Shown here: positions 56,962-64,000 of the stretch, in pieces | Layout of the letters: the number at the start of each line of letters is the position of its first letter | How positions within the stretch are numbered: the first letter of the stretch is position 1 | Source: Saprospiraceae bacterium | GTDB taxonomy: Bacteria; Bacteroidota; Bacteroidia; Chitinophagales; Saprospiraceae | Direction of reading: 5' to 3' | Length of the DNA stretch: 64,000 nt | Assembly: GCA_036479655.1 (NCBI GenBank) | Contig: JAZGFO010000056.1 | Span: 20,451 to 84,450 of the forward strand | Position numbers and translations under genes: made by a program | Notes under the pieces: generated by a model | Database searches by the model: none | Seen by the model: the letters and a program-made list of their open reading frames with translations, nothing else | Told to the model about the DNA's origin: nothing

Positions 56962-57544
56962 AGTAGTTAGTATGTTAATTCAATAATAAATTTAATGCAC
57001 GCAATGTATGCTTACACGTAAGATGGGAAACCGCCTGTCTGGAACAAAGAAAATGGAAAATGTCTTTGTTAAAGTATTCGTATTGTCATGCAATATAAGA
57101 AATATTATATTGAAAAAACAAATAAAAGTAAAATCAAATATTTATAAACCATATGACCATCTTCAATATGATATAATAAACTCCTCAAAATTAACGAAGT
57201 CAGATTATTATACATTAAAAAATATTAGATAAACAATAAAAAAATTAAAAGCTTTTAACATTAAGAATACTCAATTATTGGGCAAAATATTTATTATTTG
57301 CATTTATATATGTGTAAATACGATCCAAAATATTTCTAAATGAGAATTTTTTATTTAAAAATGATAGTTTACTTCAATTAAGTAAAAGTTATTTCCTAAA
57401 AAAATCAATAAATTATGTCATAATAACAAATGAAATATCTTTTCAAGCTCTAATATATTTTAATAAAGAAGGAAAATAAACAGGATAAACACACCCTTCA
57501 AACAACAACAAAGCCCCAACAAATGAATGCTGAGGCTATGTTTG

Positions 57545-57617
57545 TGGTGCCTCCCAGATTTGAACTGGGGACACATGGATTTTCAGTCCATTGCTCTACC
57601 AACTGAGCTAAGGCACC
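57545..57617 (-). tRNA. tRNA-Phe (anticodon GAA)
   Basis: The reverse complement GGTGCCTTAGCTCAGTTGGTAGAGCAATGGACTGAAAATCCATGTGTCCCCAGTTCAAATCTGGGAGGCACCA folds as a 73-nt cloverleaf. Acceptor GGTGCCT/AGGCACC, D stem GCTC/GAGC, anticodon stem ATGGA/TCCAT with loop CTGAAAA, T stem CCCAG/CTGGG. CCA is not encoded. Confidence 0.97.
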
Positions 57618-57640
57618 TTCCATGCTTTTGGAAGCGAGTG

Positions 57641-57671
57641 CAAATTTAGAGGTAATTTTTAGATCACCAAA
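57641..57671 (-). promoter_or_regulatory. Bacteroidota-type promoter of tRNA-Phe (-33 TTTG / 19 nt / -7 TAAATTTG)
   Basis: The minus strand reads TTTGgtgatctaaaaattacctcTAAATTTG. The -7 box ends 23 nt upstream of the mature tRNA 5' end. Confidence 0.6.
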
Positions 57672-57828
57672 CAAAATCAATAAAATTTAGAAAAAGGTTT
57701 TATTTTTTTAATAGCCCGAAAAATCTTACCTTTGCAAATCTTTTGGGTTTTATAATTATAAATTCCATTACATTATTTACAAAGTCTTGATTTAAAGACT
57801 ATTATAAAAACAAGTTAATTACTAACAC

Positions 57829-59955
57829 ATGGCATTGATTGGAAAAATAAGAAACAATTTTTGGTTTGTATTGCTTCTATTAGGTTTTGCACTAGCTGCA
57901 TTTATACTTATGGACATTGATAATGCAGGAAATCAAGGAGGAATTGGTCCTAAACAAATCGTAGGTGAGATAGCAGGAACAAAGATAGATTATCGTGATT
58001 TTCAAAAAGCAGAAACTGCCCTTTATAGTGGAGGAGATAATTTTGCTGGAAAAACAGGAGCATGGAATTACTTTGTAGAAAAAGCAATTATTGATAAACA
58101 AGCAGAAAGCATAGGACTTAATGTAAGTGTTCCTGAATTAATGGAATTGCAGTTTGGAAATAACCTAAGTCCTGTAATCCAAAACTACTTCAGAAATCGT
58201 CAGACAAATCAAGTCGACATGCAACAGCTATTAAATGTAAAGCAATCAATAGAAAGTGGTGATAGATTAAATCCTGACTTTGAAATGAAATGGATAGAAT
58301 TGCAAAAGCAAATAATCAAAACTTCGAAGCAAGATAAATTAAGCAATTTGGTATCCAAGGCAATATATACACCAAACTTTGTTGCAGAGAGAGCTGGAAT
58401 AAACACAAGTACGAAAGCTACTTTTGATTATGTAAAAATTCCTTTTTCAAATATTCCTGACAATGGTATAGAAGTAAAAAATAGTGATCTTGATGCATAC
58501 ATAGCAAACAATAGTACACTATATACTAATGATGAAGAAACAAGAGTATTAGACTATCTCGTACTCAATGTATATCCGACAGCAAATGACTCTGCTAAAG
58601 TATTTGCTGATCTTGCTGGAAGATCTGAAACATTTAAGAATAAAGCAATAGGAACTGAAGATTCTATATATACTATTAACAATGAAGGTTTTTATAGTCC
58701 ATTCTATTCTGCTACTGATAAATTGACAGGTAGTATTAAATCTAATGTGTCAACAATGAATATCGGTGATGTGTATGGGCCATATATTGATAAAGGTGCT
58801 TACTTTTTAGCAAAATTAGTTGGAAAGTCCGTAGTACCTGATAGTGTATCTGCAAGTCATATTTTAAGATCAGTAACGGATGGCAACGTAGCACAATTAT
58901 TAGCTGCAAATAAAATTATCGATAGTTTAGAGAATGTAGTAAGAAGTGGCAAGACAAGTTTTGCTGATTTAGCTAAAGAATATAGTCAAGATCCTGGATC
59001 TGGAACTAAAGGTGGCGATTTAGGAACATTTGCTCAAGGAACTATGGTGCCAGAGTTTAATAAAGCATGTTTTATCAATAGCAAAAATGGTGGTTACTAT
59101 AGAGTTACTACCCAATTTGGAGTTCACTGGATAAAAGTTAAAAATAGAATATTTAACAATAGAGATCCTAAATACAAAATGGCATTTATAAGAAGTGTAA
59201 TCCTTCCAAGTGAAGACACACAAAATGCGCTTTATGAAAAAGCTGATCAAATCAATACTGAAAATAGAACATTAGAAACACTAAAAACAGCTATTGCAGG
59301 TCAAAGTAATATGAGTATTGAATCTTCTAGTCCTTTAAAATCTAACGATTTTGTAGTTGGCAATTTAGGCAGTGGAGAAACTTCAAGAGAAATGGTAAAA
59401 TGGGCTTTTGACGATGAAATTGCAGCAGGGAAAGTTTCTGGAAGTATATACACTTTCACAGATCCTGTAAATTATTTTAACAGCAAATACGTAATTACTG
59501 GATTGAATAGAATAAATAGTGCAGGTTTAGCAAAAGCGGATGATGTAAGAGCATCTATTGAAGCAACTGTAAAAAATGAACTGAAAGGTAAAAAATTAGC
59601 GAGTCAAATTTCGGGAAGTGACCTTGAGGCTATTGCTGGCCAACACAATGGTTCATATGATACTGCAAGCGATGTGCTTTTCTCTGCATCTGGCGTTACT
59701 GGATTAGGCAATGAGCCAAAAGTATTGGCAGCTGCATTTACATTGGCTGAAGGTGGAGTATCAAAACCTATCATTGGTAATACAGGTGTATACATTATAA
59801 AAACAACTGCTAAAACTGAAGGAGCTATACCGTCAAATGTCTTATCACAAAAAAGACAACTAAACAACTCAAATAGAAATAGAGTAGGATACGGTTTAAT
59901 GAATTCTTTAAAAAAGTTATTTAAACCTACCGATAACAGATCAAAATATTTCTAA
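57829..59955 (+). CDS. PpiD/SurA-like periplasmic chaperone with parvulin PPIase domain
   Basis: N-terminal TM anchor FWFVLLLLGFALAAFILM. Parvulin domain ASHILRS ... DLAKEYSQDPGSGTKGGDLGTFAQGTMVPEFNKA. 708 aa. Confidence 0.85.
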   Translation: MALIGKIRNNFWFVLLLLGFALAAFILMDIDNAGNQGGIGPKQIVGEIAGTKIDYRDFQKAETALYSGGDNFAGKTGAWNYFVEKAIIDKQAESIGLNVSVPELMELQFGNNLSPVIQNYFRNRQTNQVDMQQLLNVKQSIESGDRLNPDFEMKWIELQKQIIKTSKQDKLSNLVSKAIYTPNFVAERAGINTSTKATFDYVKIPFSNIPDNGIEVKNSDLDAYIANNSTLYTNDEETRVLDYLVLNVYPTANDSAKVFADLAGRSETFKNKAIGTEDSIYTINNEGFYSPFYSATDKLTGSIKSNVSTMNIGDVYGPYIDKGAYFLAKLVGKSVVPDSVSASHILRSVTDGNVAQLLAANKIIDSLENVVRSGKTSFADLAKEYSQDPGSGTKGGDLGTFAQGTMVPEFNKACFINSKNGGYYRVTTQFGVHWIKVKNRIFNNRDPKYKMAFIRSVILPSEDTQNALYEKADQINTENRTLETLKTAIAGQSNMSIESSSPLKSNDFVVGNLGSGETSREMVKWAFDDEIAAGKVSGSIYTFTDPVNYFNSKYVITGLNRINSAGLAKADDVRASIEATVKNELKGKKLASQISGSDLEAIAGQHNGSYDTASDVLFSASGVTGLGNEPKVLAAAFTLAEGGVSKPIIGNTGVYIIKTTAKTEGAIPSNVLSQKRQLNNSNRNRVGYGLMNSLKKLFKPTDNRSKYF

Positions 59956-59985
59956 AAACCTTCAGGGAACCTTTAAACCAGGTAT

Positions 59986-60019
59986 GCTTGATCAATTAAT
60001 TTTGGTCAAGCTTTTTTTT
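59986..60019 (+). terminator. Intrinsic terminator after the PpiD-like gene
   Basis: Stem gcttgatcaa / ttggtcaagc (one G-U pair), loop ttaatt, then T8 (60012..60019). Confidence 0.8.
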
Positions 60020-60082
60020 ATACTTTAGTAAAGAGCATATTTAGATGAAATACTTATCTTTACGATAGAAAAAAAATAAAGA

Positions 60083-60874
60083 TTGAGAGCTAAGAAATCA
60101 TTTGGACAACATTTTTTAATTAATGAACCATTATCTGAACAAATTGCCTATTCACTTCGGCGAGAAGCAGGATATAAAAATGTATTAGAAATAGGTCCTG
60201 GAAAAGGGGTACTTACTAAGTATCTTTTGAAGCAAGATATCAATCTAAGAGTTGTCGAAGCAGATAAAGATATGGTCAGCTATTTAGAAGGTAACTATCC
60301 AAAATTAAAGGATAATATTATTTTCTTAGATTTCTTAAAACTTAATATGAAAAAGGTTTTTGATGGAGAACCATTTTATCTTATAGGCAACTATCCATAT
60401 AATATATCTTCTCAGATACTCTTCAAAATGGTTAAACATAGAGCATTGATTCCAGAGATGATAGGGATGTTTCAAAAGGAAGTCTCAGATAGGGTAATCT
60501 CTCCCCCAGGTAATAAAACGTATGGCGTAGTAAGTGTATTGATACAAGCTTTTTATACTGGAGAGACTGTTGTAAAAGTAAGTCCAGGATCGTTTAACCC
60601 TCCACCTAAAGTCAATTCTTCAGTAATTAGACTTACTAGGAGAGAGAATTATGAATTAGGCTGTGATTATAGCTACTTTAGACAAGTTGTTAAAATAGCA
60701 TTTAGTCAACGACGAAAAATGATGAGAAACACGTTAAAAGGATTGGTTACAGATACATCAATACTAAAAGAAGATATTTTCACCAAAAGACCCGAACAAC
60801 TTGGTGTTGAAGAATTCGTAGCATTGACATTAAAAATAGCAGATTCCAATGGGCACAAAATGCAGGGGTCTTAA
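60083..60874 (+). CDS. rsmA: 16S rRNA (adenine1518/1519-N6)-dimethyltransferase
   Basis: KKSFGQHFL N-terminus, SAM motif VLEIGPGKGVLT, and NYPYNISS. TTG start. Confidence 0.92.
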   Translation: MRAKKSFGQHFLINEPLSEQIAYSLRREAGYKNVLEIGPGKGVLTKYLLKQDINLRVVEADKDMVSYLEGNYPKLKDNIIFLDFLKLNMKKVFDGEPFYLIGNYPYNISSQILFKMVKHRALIPEMIGMFQKEVSDRVISPPGNKTYGVVSVLIQAFYTGETVVKVSPGSFNPPPKVNSSVIRLTRRENYELGCDYSYFRQVVKIAFSQRRKMMRNTLKGLVTDTSILKEDIFTKRPEQLGVEEFVALTLKIADSNGHKMQGS

Positions 60875-61494
60875 AGAGATTGCGATTTCCATAAAAACAC
60901 TAATCCAAAAATCATAAGACCAACTCCTGCCACCTTACTGATTAAGGTGAAATGATGGACTTTTAGCCGATTCCTAATTAGTTTTGCTAAAAATACTTTT
61001 ATAAAATCAGTAACAATAATTACCATCATTATAGCTCCAAAAAATATGGTAGCATCACTATTTGAAATTTTTTCCCCTATTACCTTAGTAGATATCACTG
61101 TAAGCCAAAAAATCAAAGTGAATGGATTAATAGTATTGACTAAAAACCCTTTTGAAAAAAAGGTGAAGTAATCATTTTTCGTATGTTTTTGTTTTTCAAA
61201 ATTCAATTTTGAATTATTAAAAAAAGTAGCTACACCAAATACAATTAAAACAAAACCTCCAACTAATCCCATCCAATAGGTAAAGGTGGAGTCTGAAATA
61301 AACTGGTCAATTTCTTTTATAAATAGATAGGTCAAAATTATAAATAAAAAATCACTTACCCATACACCAGCGCAAGATGTCAGTCCTGCTTTAGACCCTT
61401 TTTGCAAAGATAACTGGATTACAGTAAAAAATATTGGACCTAATAGTATAGCCAGTGTAAGTCCGAATAAGATGCCTTGTAATAGTAAACTCAA
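60871..61494 (-). CDS. LysE-family amino-acid exporter
   Basis: Polytopic ~207 aa if started at the TTG at 61494 ((M)SLLLQGILFGLTLAILLGPIFF, the typical LysE N-terminus). The track ORF extends to 61620 with a hydrophobic, probably spurious extension. 4-bp convergent overlap with rsmA. Confidence 0.7.
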   Translation of the reverse strand: MSLLLQGILFGLTLAILLGPIFFTVIQLSLQKGSKAGLTSCAGVWVSDFLFIILTYLFIKEIDQFISDSTFTYWMGLVGGFVLIVFGVATFFNNSKLNFEKQKHTKNDYFTFFSKGFLVNTINPFTLIFWLTVISTKVIGEKISNSDATIFFGAIMMVIIVTDFIKVFLAKLIRNRLKVHHFTLISKVAGVGLMIFGLVFLWKSQSL

Positions 61495-61770
61495 ATTAGA
61501 TGTTTTTTTTGGATGTTGTGTGCTCTCAAAGATAACAGTAACTATGTTTAATCTTACCACATAACATATAAACAAATAAAAATGAAATTGTTTAAATAAA
61601 AATAAGATAATAAGGTGCACATTTTTTATATGCTAATTAATTTAGTCCCATTGGTTATTGAAAACCTATTTATAACACCATAAAATGTCATTATTAAGGT
61701 TAAAAACAACAAAGTATATCCGTTAATAATTTCTATATTTACAATCCTATTCAAAAATTAAATATTTTTT

Positions 61771-62949
61771 ATGAAAAATGTATATATCGTATCAGCAGTA
61801 AGAACACCTCTGGGTAGTTTTGGTGGATCATTATCATCTCTAAGTGCTCCTCAGCTAGGGAGTATTGCTATCAAAGGCGGACTTATAAAAGCTGGTATAG
61901 AAGCTAAAAATGTAGATGAAGTTTTCTTTGGAAATGTTTGTCAGGCAAATATTGGACAAGCACCTGCAAGACAAGCGGCATTGGGTGCAGGATTGTTAGT
62001 AAATGTTCCCTGTACTACCGTCAACAAAGTTTGTTCGTCAGGTATGAAGTCAGTAATGTTTGGTGCTCAAAGTATTATGCTTGGTCAAGCAGAAATAGTA
62101 ATAACTGGAGGCATGGAAAGCATGTCAAATATTCCATATTATATACCAAAGGCTAGATGGGGACATAAATATGGGCATGGACAAATAATAGATGGATTAC
62201 AAAAAGATGGGCTTACTGATGTCTACAACCAAGAATCCATGGGCATATTTGCAGATGCTACAGCAAAGAAATTAGATATATCAAGAGAAGAGCAAGATGA
62301 ATTTGCTATTCAATCTTATAAAAGATCTGCAAAAGCAACAGAAGAAGGAGGTTTTAAAGATGAAATCATACCAGTTAATGTTCCTCAACGAAGAGGTGAC
62401 GATATAATAATTAGTGAAGACGAAGAGTATAAAAAAGTGAAGTTTGAAAAAATACCAGCTTTAAGACCTGCATTTAGTAAAGAAGGGAGTGCCACAGCGG
62501 CAAATTCTTCAACAATCAACGATGGTGCGTCTTCAATAATCTTAGCTAGTGAAGACGCAGTACAGAAATACGGATTAAAACCTATTGCAAAAATACTATC
62601 GTTCGCTGATGCTGCTCATGAGCCTGAATGGTTTACTACAGCACCAACATTGGCAGCTCCTTTGGCTTTAAAAAGAGCAAATCTAACTACTTCTGATGTT
62701 GATTATTATGAAGTAAATGAAGCGTTTGCAGTAGTAACATTAGCGTTTAATAAAAAATTAGGAATATCTGAAGATAAGGTAAACGTAAATGGTGGTGCGG
62801 TATCACTGGGTCATCCGCTTGGAGCATCTGGAGCAAGGATTTTAACAACACTTAATCATGTATTACACCAAAAAAATGGAGAAATTGGTTGTGCTACTTT
62901 GTGTAATGGTGGTGGTGGAGCCAGTGCAATAGTTATACAAAAAGTATAA
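61771..62949 (+). CDS. Acetyl-CoA C-acetyltransferase (thiolase II)
   Basis: Active-site VNKVCSSGMKS, NGGAVSLGHPLGASGAR, and C-terminal CNGGGGASA. Confidence 0.95.
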   Translation: MKNVYIVSAVRTPLGSFGGSLSSLSAPQLGSIAIKGGLIKAGIEAKNVDEVFFGNVCQANIGQAPARQAALGAGLLVNVPCTTVNKVCSSGMKSVMFGAQSIMLGQAEIVITGGMESMSNIPYYIPKARWGHKYGHGQIIDGLQKDGLTDVYNQESMGIFADATAKKLDISREEQDEFAIQSYKRSAKATEEGGFKDEIIPVNVPQRRGDDIIISEDEEYKKVKFEKIPALRPAFSKEGSATAANSSTINDGASSIILASEDAVQKYGLKPIAKILSFADAAHEPEWFTTAPTLAAPLALKRANLTTSDVDYYEVNEAFAVVTLAFNKKLGISEDKVNVNGGAVSLGHPLGASGARILTTLNHVLHQKNGEIGCATLCNGGGGASAIVIQKV

Positions 62950-62951
62950 AA

Positions 62952-63869
62952 GTGAAGGAAATTAATTTTCCAGATCCTATAATAAAAGACCTGACTGGCT
63001 GTATGGCATGGTCGGGTCTTTCTGTATTAAGAGATGATATAGTACATCCTTATATTTCTGGAAATAAATGGAGAAAACTCAAAGGAAACCTTGCCCATCT
63101 TGCTGAAAACAATATAAAAACAATTGTCACTTTTGGAGGTGCTTTTTCTAATCATATACACGCTACTGCTGCTGCCTGCTATCACTATAATATTCAATGT
63201 GTTGGTATAATAAGAGGAGAATACGATAAAGACAACCCAACTCTTGCATTTGCCAAATCTCAGGGTATGATACTCCATTTTGTGGATAGGCAAAGCTATA
63301 GAGAGAAGGAAAAAAGTCAAGTTGTTAAAAAAATTCTAACTCAGTATTCCAACTATTTTCTAATTCCTGAAGGAGGATCTAATCAATACTCTTATCAAGG
63401 ATTAGCAGAATTATCCCAAATAATAAATAAAACAGATTTTGATGTTATAATGGTTTCCGCTGGGACTGGATATACAGCTGCTGGTATTCTTAAAAGTTTA
63501 AAAGAGGAAAAAAAACTATGGGTTTTTCCTAGCCTAAAAGATACTTACATAAAAGATAAAATATTATCGCAAAGTCCTAAAAATAAGCACAATCAATTAA
63601 CTTATTATTATGATTATCATTTAGGTGGATATGCTAAAGTCAGTGAAAAATATATTGCGTTTATCAACCAATTTGTTAGACAAACTGGTGTTGAAATTGA
63701 CCCGATTTATAATGCCAAAATACTGTACGGGTTTTATGACTTAGTAATAAATAAAAAGATAGATGTAACAAAAAAGTATTTATGGATTCATACTGGTGGT
63801 TTACAGGGAATAGATGCTTATAATTACATGTCAAATAAGAAAAATTCAATGCCTATAAATAGGTTATAA
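62952..63869 (+). CDS. PLP-dependent ACC deaminase / D-cysteine desulfhydrase-family protein
   Basis: SGNKWRKL (PLP-lysine motif) and FGGAFSNH. 305 aa with a GTG start 2 nt after the thiolase stop. Confidence 0.8.
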   Translation: MKEINFPDPIIKDLTGCMAWSGLSVLRDDIVHPYISGNKWRKLKGNLAHLAENNIKTIVTFGGAFSNHIHATAAACYHYNIQCVGIIRGEYDKDNPTLAFAKSQGMILHFVDRQSYREKEKSQVVKKILTQYSNYFLIPEGGSNQYSYQGLAELSQIINKTDFDVIMVSAGTGYTAAGILKSLKEEKKLWVFPSLKDTYIKDKILSQSPKNKHNQLTYYYDYHLGGYAKVSEKYIAFINQFVRQTGVEIDPIYNAKILYGFYDLVINKKIDVTKKYLWIHTGGLQGIDAYNYMSNKKNSMPINRL

Positions 63870-63922
63870 ATGGAAAATTAGACTATTGTCTTTATACTCA
63901 CATCTAAATCCACTTAAAAATA

Positions 63923-63956
63923 AAAAAGCTACCTCAAATTAATGAAGTAGCTTTTT
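63923..63956 (+). terminator. Probable intrinsic terminator
   Basis: aaaaagctac / gtagcttttt arms around a 14-nt loop, followed by a T-rich tail. The loop is long, hence moderate confidence. Confidence 0.5.
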
Positions 63957-64000
63957 ATTTCTTAAAGAAAATATACTAATATCTTAGCTTTTTTTCTTGT

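Noticed and set aside
57098-57182. Imperfect inverted repeat (tattatattgaa / ttcaatatgata, about 11 of 13 matches) as a possible invertible promoter for the giant gene
   Set aside because: It is too short and mismatched for AT-rich DNA and is separated by only ~50 bp. No site-specific recombinase gene is nearby.
57008-57232. 74-aa plus-strand ORF upstream of the giant gene
   Set aside because: K/N/I-rich composition typical of random AT-rich DNA. No signal, motif or plausible promoter spacing. Treated as non-coding.
57498-57680. 60-aa minus-strand ORF
   Set aside because: It is the translation of tRNA-Phe and its flanks (…LAQLVEQWTENPCVPSSNLGG…), and the cloverleaf is unambiguous.

Overview
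AT-rich Bacteroidota-type chromosomal segment; G+C was judged by eye, not computed. Supporting signs are TAnnTTTG -7 promoter boxes, many lipoprotein and signal-peptide genes, and three proteins ending in the gliding-motility / T9SS type-B C-terminal sorting domain. The lineage below phylum cannot be fixed from sequence alone. I call 40 protein-coding genes, one tRNA-Phe(GAA), six intrinsic terminators, four promoter boxes and several repeat structures. No rRNA, CRISPR array, cas gene, transposase, integrase, phage or plasmid gene is visible, so this looks like core chromosome rather than a mobile island. Housekeeping content includes acs, etfBA, a thiolase, rsmA, ybeY, tatA, a 1-Cys peroxiredoxin, glycerate kinase, ROK and PfkB kinases, two cyclophilins and a PpiD-like chaperone. 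The stand-out feature is a 13.8-kb ORF (43156..56961, minus strand) encoding a 4,601-aa T9SS cargo. It has 18 copies (9 two-domain modules) of a Cys-rich ~140-aa domain I cannot assign, then a unique Cys/Trp-rich hub, then ~1,600 aa of Ig-like repeats. It also carries a young 855-bp in-frame tandem duplication. The same N-terminal domain caps two other T9SS type-B proteins in the window (9951..12938 and 28537..31863). None of the three has an adjacent PorP/SprF-type partner gene. Other items worth follow-up: an exported MORN-repeat caspase-family lipoprotein; a pair of 53-bp hairpin elements exactly 120 bp apart that look like tandem small-RNA genes or terminators; a secreted amidohydrolase trio in which only the middle member keeps the HxH metal motif; and an orphan RsbW-like kinase next to a 1,112-aa membrane-anchored coiled-coil protein. 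All functional calls rest on motifs read from the ORF translations. No database search was run.
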